64,000 bases of DNA from Felis catus. Lineage: Eukaryota. The notes beneath the pieces were generated by a model. It saw only the letters and a list, made by a program, of their open reading frames with translations, was not told the origin of the DNA and did not search any database. Position 1 is the stretch's first letter. Each line of letters opens with the position of its first letter. The stretch spans positions 138,324,001 through 138,388,000 of the forward strand of contig NC_058368.1 of the NCBI RefSeq assembly GCF_018350175.1. The letters run 5' to 3'. This document shows positions 11,601-23,670 of this stretch, one piece after another. The position numbers and the translations under genes are program-made.

Positions 11601-14600
11601 CCACCAGAAGGACATCACGTACAAGGTTAAGAGTTTCTGAATTTGGAAAACCTCACTTATTTTCAACTTCCTGCCCCTGACCTATCCTGACATCTTGGTC
11701 ATTTGTTGTTTCTTTCTTAATGTATAATAGATTTGCCTTTTTTTTACGGTACCGGTTCCCCAAATACGTTATGTGGAACGTACCAAGCACACTGTGAGAA
11801 AAGTCCCCCTCAGTTTGGAGGGTGCCACATACTCTTTTCCCCCCTCAGAGATTTATGATACAGGTGAGCCGATTAAAGGTCTGAGGAATCTGTTAAGAAA
11901 CTTGATTTGCCCACAGTTTCATCAGCTTCCTTGACCACTGTATTTATTCTTCTGTCATTAATACCTGTTAGTATCTTGTTTAGAGAAACACTTTGAAACA
12001 CATCCTAAAGAAGAGAGGAAGGCAGAGGCACTTGCCCCATCCTCTCATGGGGCTTGCTAACGTTAAGGTCGTGAGTCCATAACGTTGGCACCTTATGGGG
12101 AGAAAGGAGAGCGAGAGCAAATCAAAGTTCATGTAATAGACTTGGTTCATCATACCATGTCTTGTGTTAATCTTGTCTTCATTGTATCGGTTGCTTCAGT
12201 TGTTCTGTTTCTTGTCCATGTTACCTACATAACTCCAGGTGATTCAAATGTTAATTACTGATAAGACAATAAAGTCCAGCTATAACAGTTACAATTTAAA
12301 AAATTATAACTGTTTGCTTTTATATGTTATAAATTTCTTCATGCACATGGACCCCCAGAGCACATTTCTGTTATTTTAGTTCAGGTGCATTACTGTAGAT
12401 GAGGAATAGTAAGGAATCCTAACACTACTGGAGACTGTTGGTTTCAGATGCCAACCCCGGGTTCGTTTTCATGCCAGAGGTTCACATGCTGCTTGTGCCT
12501 CACTATGGAAAATAGAGTCGAGCAAAATTAGTGACATAGACCAATTTTCCTTTGCTCTGAAGATACCTCAAGTTCCGTACAAGAAATGTTTTCCATTAGA
12601 AGAAAAATGCCGTGTATTAACGCTCCTGAGAAAAAATAGTGATCGCCAGTAATGCCATCAGGAAACGATTTTTTCAATGTTTCACAGTGTAAGCGTGAAT
12701 CAATCATTAAACAGGGACTACAACTTATTCTGCAGACTTGGAACATTAATCAAAAATTTTTTTGAGGTGGAGTTATTCTAGGAAAGTGTGAATTTTGATT
12801 TTAGGAACATGCGTAAGGGATGTAGTAATCAGAAGCACAAGTCAGAACACTTCATTAAAATAAACAAGAACAGAGCCAAGGCCCAGAAGACATGAAGCTC
12901 TGTGTTGTGAGTTTTGTTTGGGAGAATGGAATGGGATGAGACACAGAGGCCTGAGCAAGGCATCATCAATGATCCCGACAGTCGACTCAGTGTGCTTTTT
13001 GTAGCACTGGGTGCTGGGTGCCTGGCCATTGGCCATACGTTGAGTTAAATTCTAGATGTCCCCAGTTGATATTTATGATGAAAGTTATACTGGTGCTTTT
13101 AAATTTAAATGAAGCTTAAAAATTATCATAATTTAAGATGCTTTTCTATTCAGAAAATCCAGAAAAGGCAAATATTACACTAATTATTTAAACATGATAG
13201 ATAACTCCTTTTGACGTGTCACAGACTTTTTCTTCCTGACAAGTTACTCTTAAGTCTGCTGTTCTTTGAAGGGAAGATTGCGTGCAGGTTTTGACTGTAA
13301 ACATTATCTTCTCAATAGGTAGTTTTCCAAATACTGTCCGTTGAAGACTCTATGTTGGCTCAGTCAGATAGGTGTTGTTGAGAAGAATGAAGGTAGAAGG
13401 GTGGGGCATAGGTCTGGAAATTACCTTAAAAACATTATCTTAGATGCAACTTAAGATAATACATTTGTATTTCTTGAGCATAAAGCAGTTTAAAAACACA
13501 TCCATTTGTTGTTCCCTCAGAATATTATTTGGTGAAGCGCTAAGCCAAAGTCCAAATGGATAAATTCTCATACAGTAGAAGTTCAAGAGGCCAGAAAGGT
13601 GATTTGAGTCACGTCCTTCATAAACTGAAGCCCAAACAGAAATGACTTGCCCAAGGTTACGATTTACCTTGTGGTTTATTTAACTCTTGGGTTAGGAGGC
13701 GCTTCGTTCATTTTTAATATGGCACATGGTTGCATGGTATACTTTGAGTTTATAGAAAAGAACCACTTATCCAGTTGGCTCAGAAGAAGAATGATGGTGA
13801 GCCGACGGAAGGAAGGCTCATTTTGCATCCTACTAGTATCAGCTTTTCAGGAGCTGATTTCTATAGTTGTAAGTCATCCTACACCCCAGATTCTCTTTCC
13901 TGATGGTCTAAAATTCCAACAGCAGGTGAGAAGTGTGAAAATGGTCAGTGTAAACGTTCGCCAACAGGTTGCAACTAAGGGCTGAAAACAGGGAGATTTA
14001 GGCAACTGTCTGTGGATACGTATCAGTGTGTGGTGTGGGGCATATCGCTTGGTAGCACGGGTGCTTTTTGCCCCCCACTCCAAAATGTGGGTACTTAGAA
14101 TGTTTTAAAACTTCATTAGCAGGTGGACTTAGACCCCACATTGGACATATGGAAATTTCTTGTTAAGGGTGAAGTTGTTTGGTGTGAAAATTTTCAGTTA
14201 GAAGAAAACCCTGCACCAAGATTTTATTTCTCTACTATGTTTAGCCAGGCTATGGGGATTTGATGTGTTTCCGCTTCTTCGTCTTTATCTTAAGGTTAGT
14301 CATGGTCATTCTGTTTAGTTTCCACAAGTATGGTAAAGACCAAATTGCATCTTTTATGTCAATGGACAGGGAAAGTTGTATTGAGACACTAGATGGAAAG
14401 GTTCCTTGTAGTCTGAAGTTTTGTTTCATTATAATAGCATTTGCTTTTTAGTCGACCAAATTAGGATTCCATTAAATTAATATTTCTTTGCTTATTAAAA
14501 AACCAGGTATCCTATTTTTATGTTCAGCAGTTTATAGGGATTTCGATCACAAAATTGGGTGATTTTTATTCCTCAAGAATTCTGCTTTCTGAACCAGTGA

Positions 14601-15012
14601 GGTTTTATTTTAACAAATGTTTTTTCAGTTTAAGATTCCATAATGATCATATTCTCTAGGGTAAAAAGTGTGGAAAAAGGTGGCTGACCTTGAGAAGTAT
14701 GCAGTTGCTGTGCTGGTGCTCTTTCAGGGTTGAAATGGAATCATAAAATCAGAAATCATGGAACGGTTTCCAGTTTCAAAGATGGGTTGTCTGACCTTGC
14801 CTAAATAGTTCAGGCGGAAATCAAGGAGAAAATGGAAAGGAAATTGAGTTCACCTTCAGGTGACATACATCCACAACAACCTCCATGAATACATCTAGGA
14901 TGCCAACATGGGCCTGTCACTTTAGGGTCCAGCAAGCTATTTTTCACCTAGAGATGTTCCTCTGTATTTTTATTTTTATCTGAAAAAGTTGACATTAAAT
15001 GTCTATACTCCC

Positions 15013-15051
15013 TTACACACACATATACATACACATATACACACACACACC
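15013..15051. repeat. (CA)n/(TA) compound microsatellite
   Basis: Directly visible. Confidence 0.85.
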
Positions 15052-15969
15052 AATTAAAAACTAACCTCCCCCCCTCCCTCTTTATTCTTGGATCTCTGTC
15101 TTCCTGAGCTAGAGCCTACAGTTTAAAAGAATTCTGATATACGTTTGGTTCTTTGGCTGTTCTTAAGCCTTCTCTTGAAACCATTAAGAGGACTTCCCAG
15201 ATCCCTAGACTCACCACCAGTATTTTGGATTCTTTGCTACATGTCTCACACCCCCAGGGGAAGGAAATTTACAGGGATTAAGGGCTTGTATTGTGCTGGG
15301 CATTGTCACGTTTGTCGCAATCACCTCCCAACCACCTCATTCAATGCATGGTTGTTCCTTCGCCATGTGGTATTTCTTGTACCCTGGCTGGACCTTCTGT
15401 TGGCAAGGGGGCAGGAATACAGTGGCTTACATGAACTGTTCTTTAATCTATGAGCATCTGATAGATGCAAGTTTTGAGGTGTATATGTGTTAGGTTGTGT
15501 AATGCTAAACATGAGTAGCGTAACTGAGAATATATATTTTTTTTTAGAGGTTAAATGGCTTTATTCATTCAATGCCTGGGGAAAGGAGTCGAAAGCGCAA
15601 ACGTGTGTTGTGACCACAGGCAAGCATACTTTGTCTCCAACTGTGATAAAAGAGCAGAGAGCATTCTAGGTTGATCTGTGTTGCTCTAATAGAGAAATCA
15701 TTGCGGGGGCAGGACGGTTTGTGGTGTTTACCTGATTAAATGAAGGAGGTTCCCAATTTTATAATAATCATTGTATCCGTTTTTTGGAGCTTGGAATGTC
15801 TCTCTCGTTCTTAATTTCTTTTTTGCTAAGTGATTCTTCAAAATGTGGTACTTAGGGAGGATAAGTATTAAACGTTCAAAGTCTCTTAATGTAATAAAAA
15901 TGGTCAAGCCGTTTCCATCACCATAAGAAATGGGAATCCTGAGACTCTTGATCGGATGTGCAAGTGGCA

Positions 15970-16200
15970 GTGGTCCCCTGAGTTCAAATCTAGATTAGTT
16001 CTTAATTGCGTGATGTGGGGCGAGGAATTTAAGTAGCCTGAGCTTTCGTTTCCCAAACTGTAAACTGTGGGTTACAACATTTTGAGGCTTAAAAGAGTGA
16101 TGGCTGTATCAGACCTGGAAAACTTCTTGTGCCCAGAAGTCACGCTTTGCACAGGGGTAGTTAGAAGCATCTTCACTAGTCGCGTGTTCAGTAGTTAGTG
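15970..16200 (+). mobile_element. MIR SINE (degenerate)
   Basis: CCTGAGTTCAAATCTAG...GCCTGAGCTTTCGTTTCCCAAACTGTAAACTGTGG core. Confidence 0.65.
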
Positions 16201-17563
16201 AGTTCGAGTATTTGAGGTACAGGACTTGGAATCAGGGTTAGTAAAATCAAGTCACGCAAATGTAAAAGAATTTTCTTCTCCTCCCCTCTCCCCGGGGTCC
16301 CCCTCAGCTTCACAGGCACACGTCAGCTCCTCCAGGTGACTTGTGTTTATTTTCGGGGGCTCTGGCTGCCCCTCTTCCAGTGGGCCTGCCTCTTACTGGA
16401 AGGAGTGATGAACGGACACGTAGCCAAGTGTCCCACGTCCCTGAAGACAGAGCAGCATGAGGACGTTTTACTCTTCCCTCCAGGCCTTGCTTCCTGTCTT
16501 CCCTACCAGCTAAAGGTCATTGGCAGGAGGGCAGAAGCCACAAGCATTTTTGTCATTAGAATCCTACCAGTTATGGGTACCCATCTAAATAATAGAGTCT
16601 TGGAGTCAAATGTGGCAATGTTTATAATGAACTCTTGTTGATGACTGAAGAAGGAGTGGGTGGGCTTCAGGCTATCCATCTTTCTCGCCTGGGTTTCCAC
16701 GCATACTCCGCCTTTTGCGCCGACCGAAGCCAGTCATTTGTGACTTTGCCATATAAGTGAGCCTCAGGAAGGGTGGTCAGTAGAACAAGGGAAGAGAAAA
16801 TGGTTTGCAGCAACAGCCTTTCTTTTCTTCAAGTAGGAACCCCTCTTTGCCTTCCCTTACACCGTGTACTAGAGGGTTTTTAGCAGAAAAAGGGAAAATA
16901 GACGATGCCCTGCTGTTGCTAGGTAACCAGAAAAAAGAACCCAGCCGTACTTGATACGGGAACAGTTTTCTCTAGCTAAGTGGTTTGTAGAGTGTTAATT
17001 AGATTTGCATAATGGTGAGGCTGGCCGGTCTCCATCCTTCAACTCCTTTTTCCCCCACCCCTTGCCCACATTAATAAAATCCCAGCCATATTATTTGAGT
17101 CTTGAGGTCAGTTCTTGACTTTGAGATATTCTGAGGGGAGGGGCTGTGCAGATGCAAATATAGTTCATCGTCCATAGCTAGAGTATATACCGTATTTCTA
17201 AGACCTTGAACCTGTTTTTAAAACATAAGTGGGCACCCTTGTTCCACAGTAGCAGTGTTTTATCTGCCCGCAAATGGTGACAAGTCTTTATTCACTAGAC
17301 ACTCCCTTAGGATTATTTTGTCAGGGTTATTTTTAGCCATAGGAGACATTTGAACGCACACCCAACCACATCTTGACGATACATTGATTAAGTCATTTGA
17401 TGTGATTGCATTTTGTCCCTTTCTCCTTGGACTCTCGGGTTCTCTCTGTGGCTGAATATATGGGCACTGCATGTCCCAGGCTTAGAGAGCTCTGAGTTAC
17501 AGTGTCACCTGCCTTGGAGGCCTCGCGCGGATCCTCCTGACCTGTGCCGTCTGTCTGTTGCAG

Positions 17564-17727
17564 ATTTGGACATCTCTCAGACTGAGTTTCCAGCCTCCCA
17601 GGACTCACATCCACATGGCTCTCAGCGGCAGACATTTACGGCCGAAGCAAAGCTAAATCTTCAGACATTGACTGGACAAGACCAGGAGACTGGAGATGAC
17701 GCTGAAGAAAACATTGTTTACCTCTAA
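17564..17727 (+). CDS. Candidate terminal coding exon of an unidentified + strand gene (phase 1): (D)LDISQTEFPASQDSHPHGSQRQTFTAEAKLNLQTLTGQDQETGDDAEENIVYL*
   Basis: Branch point CCTGAC (A at 17540), pyrimidine-rich CCGTCTGTCTGTTGCAG acceptor (AG 17562-17563), open frame to TAA 17725-17727, then AT-rich 3' UTR with AATAAA. The frame is inferred as the longest of the three. Confidence 0.6.
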
Positions 17728-17877
17728 TTGTGTTATTATTTTTCCGAGCAAAACACAACACTGGCATTTGGTGGAGATTTTTTTTTTCATTTCCTGATGT
17801 TCGTGTGAATGTGTCTAAATTGCTGTAAGAGTAATATTTAATATTTCATGCAAGTTCAGTTTTTGGGCATGGGTCCA

Positions 17878-17908
17878 AATAAATTATTGAAAGCAGTTCT
17901 GTTTGTGT
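17878..17908 (+). terminator. Polyadenylation signal with downstream GT-rich element
   Basis: AATAAA 17878-17883, then GTTCTGTTTGTGT 17896-17908; 150 nt after the stop codon. Confidence 0.6.
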
Positions 17909-18785
17909 AATCATTAACTTATCACACCTAATTTCAGATTTCTGGAGGAGAAATTGAATAAGCAGAAATATTTTCAAAGTTGTTGTGACTCTCGAGTGAA
18001 ATTCCATATTGCATTTTCTGCTGGATCATCTGGTTTTTGAAATGCCTTCCTTGAGATCTAGAAGAAGCAATGTGGACGGAAAGAGTGATATTCATGATGG
18101 GCAGACTTTCACAGCCACAGCAGGTGACGATGGAGAGTGGCCTCGGTGGCCCCAAAGGCAGAGGCGGATGTGGGAAAGTCCCTTTCTTGGCTGGTTTTCA
18201 CACTCTAATTTCTCTCTGGGGAGTCACAGGGGCGGGTCCTAGTGGTGATCTGTTACAGTCACCATGTCACCAACAAGTCCTGTCTGGGGGGGGACCTGCT
18301 CCAACCGGGCAACCACTCTGCGGTGGACACAGTCTGGACTCTTAGGTCCTGGGCCACATGCTTTGCAGACTCACTTTCTTGGTTGTGATGCGGGTTGTTT
18401 TTCAAGCCAAGGTTCCTCACGGTCCTTCAACAGGGCCTTGAGGCAGAGCCCTAGCCGGTCCATTTTGATGTAAATAGTGAAGCTCAGGTTCACGGTGCTT
18501 CTCACGGTTGGCCCTGTGTCCTCAGGCCCTGAGAGCAAGAACAATTATGACTCCATAGAAGGACGTCTGCCTTCAAGGACAAAAGCTCTCTGGGCAAGGC
18601 TTGCGGCCTGGGCCTGTCGGTGCTCTCCCCCACAGGAACACAGGCACATCCTGATTTCAGAGTGATACAGGTCTCGCGATAAGAAAAGAAACCAGGAAAT
18701 ATTTTCAGCTCGTTCTTCAGAAATATTTGTATCTGTTTTGCCCAGAGTCAAAAAATATCTTTCACCTCACTATTGTGCTTTGGAA

Positions 18786-19019
18786 TTTTTTTTTAAATTT
18801 TTTTTTCAACTTTTATTTATTTTGGGGACAGAGAGAGAGAGAGAGAGAGAGAGCATGAACGGGGGAGGGGCAGAGAGAGAGGGAGACACAGAATCGGAAG
18901 CAGGCTCCAGGCTCCGAGCCATCAGCCCAGAGCCCGACGCGGGGCTCGAACTCACGGACCGCGAGATCGTGACCTGGCTGAAGTCGGATGCTTAACCGAC
19001 TGCACAACTCAGGCGCCCC
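18786..19019 (-). mobile_element. CAN-SINE SINEC_Fc
   Basis: Full element with expanded (AG)n; TSD TGTGCTTTGGAATTTT. Confidence 0.97.
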
Positions 19020-19180
19020 TGTGCTTTGGAATTTTAATAGTGTGTAAGACATTAGTAAAATAGACGTTTCACACACCATCACTATCTCCCCTTACTAAAA
19101 GTGAAAAGGAAGGAGTACTAAACTCACCCAAACTGCAACACTTGCGAGGAGGGAGCTGTGATAGGAAGGGAAAAAATTAG

Positions 19181-19367
19181 GGGGCCCCGGGGTGGCTCAG
19201 TCGGTTAAGCCTCTGACTCTGGATTTCGGCTCAGGTTATGATCTCGTGGCTTGTGATTTCGAGGCCCACGACAGGCTCTGTGACAGTGCAGAACCTGCTT
19301 GGGATTCTGTCTCCCTCTCTCTCTGCCCCTCTCCTGCTTGCTCTCTCTCAAAATAAATCAACTTAAA
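19181..19367 (+). mobile_element. CAN-SINE (older subfamily)
   Basis: GGGGCCCCGGGGTGGCTCAGTCGGTTAAG head; TSD AGGAAGGGAAAAAA. Confidence 0.93.
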
Positions 19368-19482
19368 AAGGAAGGGAAAAAATGTCACTCGGACTCCATT
19401 GTTTGGTCAGTTGAATACATCTTTTATATCTTCACAGAGGCAAGTCAAATCTTAGTTTAAAAAAAAAAAAAAAAAAAAGCCT

Positions 19483-19705
19483 GGGGCGCCTGGGTGGCGC
19501 AGTTGGTTAAGCGTCCGACTTCAGCCAGGTCACGATCTCGCAGTCCGTGAGTTCGAGCCCCGCGTCGGGCTCTGGGCGGATGGCTCAGAGCCTGGAGCCT
19601 GTTTCCGATTCTGTGTCTCCCTCTCTCTCTGCCCCTCCCCCGTTCATGCTCTGTCTCTCTCTGTCCCAAAAATAAATAAACGTTGAAAAAAAAAATTAAA
19701 AAACA
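19483..19705 (+). mobile_element. CAN-SINE SINEC_Fc
   Basis: Full element; TSD AAAAAAGCC. Confidence 0.97.
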
Positions 19706-20313
19706 AAAAAGCCATTTAGGGGAGTACTCTTTCTGACTCTTGCTGCTCCTGGCCATTTTGGTCACAATCCTAACAGATGAAGAGAGTGGTTTCCAAGAAT
19801 GGATATAACTTATTAACATTTTTGTCAATCACTTCCCCTCCAGGCTGAGCTCCTAAATTAATCAGACGCATCTTCCCTTCCTAAAGGCGTCTAAAGAGAA
19901 AAACCTGTCTTTCCCCTCTCTCCAACAAAGCCTAGTCCAGAATCGTATATCCCTTGAATATGGAACATATTGATATTTCCGTCTAAATCCTTGCTCTGAT
20001 AACTATAGATATCTTCTCTTTTCCCCTGACGGTGGATATAGAAATATCCGCATGTGAAAATAGGAATAGATGTTCAGAATCCTCACACGGGTCTTTAAAA
20101 ATAGGTGTGCTCAGTTGATTTTCAAGCCCTGCACACTTTGGGTCTTCATGTAGCTACCCTGGGGAAGTCTTAGTATCTTTTGAGATGACTACATCCCTGG
20201 GTTTCTCGTGCCAGTTGTCTTACTGTTATGACCTTTCATCTGAATAGAAGTTGCAAAGCTTTCTTGATTGGTTCTTCCTTTTCACTCTGTCCTTACGGTG
20301 CCCTGAATTTAAA

Positions 20314-20529
20314 TTTTTTTTTTTTTCAACGTTTATTTATTTTTGGGACAGAGAGAGACAGAGCACGAACGGGGGAGGGGCAGAGAGAGAGGGAGACACA
20401 GAATCGGAAACAGGCTCCAGGCTCTGAGCCATCAGCCCAGAGCCCGACGCGGGGCTCGAACTCACGGACCGCGAGATCGTGACCTGGCTGAAGTCGGATG
20501 CTTAACCGACTGCGCCACGCAGGCGCCCC
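20314..20529 (-). mobile_element. CAN-SINE SINEC_Fc
   Basis: Full element; TSD A(C/T)GGTGCCCTGAATTTA. Confidence 0.97.
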
Positions 20530-21074
20530 ATGGTGCCCTGAATTTAGATCTCAGTGGAGGTCACTCTGTGCCTCCCAAAGAAACTCACGAATCCTAGGAG
20601 AAGACCGCCCTATTTTCCAGCCTCATAAATGAGTTTCTTCTAAAGAACCTACTCTTCCCCCCCACCGGCGAGCTTCAAGGAAGCATTCATCCCTTGAGAC
20701 AGGTGCTGCGGAAAGAAAGGCAACCCTGGGGCTCTGTCCTTTGCAGGCTGCGGGAATTAACATTGCCTCCCCACTTGTGGTCCAAGCTACTCTGCCTTTC
20801 ATCAGGACTGCCCAATTGCTGGAGTCCTGCAACGCTCCCAGCCCACTCACGGTTGGAGCCCTGTCCATTCAGAAAAGGGCCACGGTGTTTGCTGCAGAGG
20901 CGGTGGTTGTGGTGTGTGTTGTGGAAAAGGGGGGAGCGTGACTAAATCCTGGGATGACCGACAAAGGAGGGAAAAGGAGCATGTATCCGTTCCTGGGACC
21001 TGGGACCCCCCCCCCTTTCCTCCTCAGAACCAACCCAAGGTTATCCGTGTCCGGCCGCCTCTGTCTCGGTCGGC

Positions 21075-21295
21075 GAGAGGCGCAGCCGCGGAGAGCATGG
21101 ACTTTGGAGCCAGATCTTCCCCTTGCTGTGTGTCCCGGGTGTGTCACTTCACCTGTCTAGGTCTCAAGTTGCCTCACCTGTACAAGAGGGATGATGACCT
21201 TATAGAATTGTGAGGCTTGAGTGCTTAATAGACGCGATATGCTTAGAACAGAGCCTGCGGCATAGTTGTTAATAATAACATACGCTAGTTATTGT
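21075..21295 (+). mobile_element. MIR SINE
   Basis: GAGAGCATGGACTTTGGAGCCAGA...GTCTCAAGTTGCCTCACCTGTACAAGAGGGATGATGA...GCTTAGAACAGAGCCTG. Confidence 0.8.
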
Positions 21296-21494
21296 TAAAT
21301 CGTTAAATAATCTTGGAGTGATTTCTAAGCATGGTGCCAGTCCTCAGGCAGATTGTGCCTGCACAGCCAGAAACCACGAATAGGGAAGTGACGTGCCTGG
21401 AGATGGCCAGTCACAAGGCCGGACTAAGGTTTCCTAATGAGGTTAGCGTTCGTCTTACTTGCATCTCTAAACCTTCGCTCCGTGCAGTTTTTCT

Positions 21495-21721
21495 GTTTTT
21501 AAAATTTTTTTTTTCAACGTTTTTTATTTTATTTTTGGGACAGAGAGAGACAGAGCATGAACGGGGGAGGGGCAGAGAGAGAGGGAGACACAGAATCGGA
21601 AACAGGCTCCAGGCTCCGAGCCATCAGCCCAGAGCCTGACGCGGGGCTCGAACTCATGGACCGCGAGATCGTGACCTGGCTGAAGTCGGACGCTTAACCG
21701 ACTGTGCCACCCAGTCGCCCC
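21495..21721 (-). mobile_element. CAN-SINE SINEC_Fc
   Basis: Full element; TSD CCGTGCAGTTTTTCT. Confidence 0.97.
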
Positions 21722-22473
21722 CGTGCAGTTTTTCTTTAGACACTTGACTGCTAGAGGCCAATCTGCTAGGACCAAAATAAAGATGAATTAGCCTGCAAGT
21801 TGTTGGAGAAGACAGACACATGAACAGATGTGGAGAAGTACAGGTAGCTAGGAGACCTCCTAGGAAAAGCCTGTGGGGGGTCAGTAGTATGTGGAGTGGA
21901 GGGAGTTGGTTGTCTTAAAGTGGAAGATACCTAAAGGAAGTCAGAGACGGGGAAAGATGATGTGAGCAAGGAAGCCAACCCAAACAAAAGGCCAGAGACA
22001 CGACATAAAAGCCACGAGAGACACCGGAGCACGCGTTGGGAGGTACTCAAGAGCAAGCTCCTCCCCTATGGCTTAAGGTGTCCAGTGAGAACACCCATCT
22101 ACCTTCACCTCTTTCAAACACTCTTGTCCAAGTTGTGAGGAAACATGGAAGTTTCTCTCTCTCACCCCAGGAACCGATTGGGTTCCACACAAAGCCAGGT
22201 TCCGGAGGAGTATGCCTCCTCCTTATCCCCTCACCCTTCCACACCCACTTCTACCATAAAAGCAATTGGGTTCTGCCCGACTGAGTATCTGCCTACCAGA
22301 TGGCAAGCCACAAGAAACCAAGAGTAAAGGGGGCCCTGCGACCGCTTGAAGATGTTTATTGGAGCAGAGGCGTCCAGAAGGATGCCCCAGGGTGCTTCTG
22401 GGGGATAAACTGACGACGTTCATGAGTCAAAGCAGAGTTAAGTGGAGGAAAAGGGGGCAAGAAGACTCACTTG

Positions 22474-23087
22474 GCTCTTCTGCTTTGTTTTCTTATCTCC
22501 GTTTTATTAAGGTTTTATTTTGTTGTTTTAGTTGGAACATATTCCTCTGTTTCCTCATTTTGCCAGACTCTCTGAATTGGTTTCTACGCATCAGATGAAA
22601 CAGCCACCTCTCCCCGTCTTGAAGGTAGTTGAGAGTTTGCAAAGACCTGTCAGTGTCCCAAAGGGGGTGTCGGCTCCTAGATTCAGGCTGACTGGAAGCC
22701 AGACTCTCAGGCAGCCCGCTCCCACCCTTTGCGATCGCTGGGCAGTGGGCGCGACTTCTGTAGGTTTTCAAAGAAAGCTAAGTGTTCTGGGCGCTCATTC
22801 CTCGGGTATAAGTCTTAAAAGTTGGGGTTGCAGTTGTGAGGCTACAAACCCCTCATTCCTCAGGGAGAGGCTCCAGGTTTTGAGTTTTTCCCGCTTGTGT
22901 GTTGGCGCATCAGGAGTGGGGATTTGGGCAGGCCTGTGTGTCACAGCCTCTCCTGCCTGCCTCCAAGTGACTGTCTTCTCATATGCCATGTGAAGCAACT
23001 GCTCAACTGGTTTTCAGAGGGACTCGCTGCAGAGGTGAATGTAGACTTGTGCCTGGGGGAAGAGGTAAGTTCAGGATCTTCCTAGCC
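22474..23087 (-). mobile_element. L1 5' UTR plus ORF1 start fragment
   Basis: Minus frame RRNQFRESGKMRKQRNMFQLKQQNKT resembles the L1 ORF1 N-terminus; GAGGTAAGTTCAGGATCTTCCTA resembles an L1M 5' end. Confidence 0.7.
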
Positions 23088-23100
23088 GAAGACTCTCCTG

Positions 23101-23102
23101 TT

Positions 23103-23139
<37 letters not shown>
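23101..23139. repeat. poly(T) tract
   Basis: About 35 T. Confidence 0.95.
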
Positions 23140-23140
<1 letters not shown>

Positions 23141-23509
23141 TCAGCTCTGATGCTACTCCTTGCCCTGCCTTCGTCTACCACTTAGGGCTTTGTGGAGAAT
23201 GGAAAAGAAAAAAAAATTTAAGGATGTAGAGGGGGTACCTGGAAGGAATATTCCAGAATGATGTAGTGATGAACACCCAGAGTTCACTGTGTTCTTTCCT
23301 GATTGCCTCTCATGCACGGATGTCCCTCTGCCAGTGTGAGAGAGGCAGTAAAAAGATATGGCAAAGTCAAATAGGTTCGAGTTCTGCTTACTGAACCCCC
23401 CCCCCCCACCGCCGCCCCAGGTCCATGGGGTTGCACAGTGCCAAGGGGCACCATAGAGCACCCATGCTCGTGGAATCCCGTGTGAGTGAAATCTCTTGGA
23501 GTTCTACCA

Positions 23510-23670
23510 TCCTTCAAACTTGCTTCCGAGATCAGTTTGCTTACGTATGAAATGGGGATGATAAGAACAGTCATGCCTTGTAGGCGTGTTGCAAGAGCTA
23601 AGTGAATTAATGCCAGGACGGTAAATGCCACACAGGATAGCCAGTCTAGAAGTGATGGCAGTTGTTATAT
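23510..23670 (+). mobile_element. MIR SINE core
   Basis: TCAGTTTGCTTACGTATGAAATGGGGATGATAAGAAC. Confidence 0.65.

Noticed and set aside
13867..13925. Possible internal exon ending CAG/GTGAGA
   Set aside because: Weak acceptor; its open frame ends in phase 0, while the phase-1 frame needed for the 17564 exon has a TGA
19457..19828. Recurrent ORFs with GQRETEHERGRGRERGRHRIGNRLQA, MAQSVKRPTS or EPGACFRFCVSLSL peptides throughout the window
   Set aside because: These are translations of CAN-SINE copies, not a gene family
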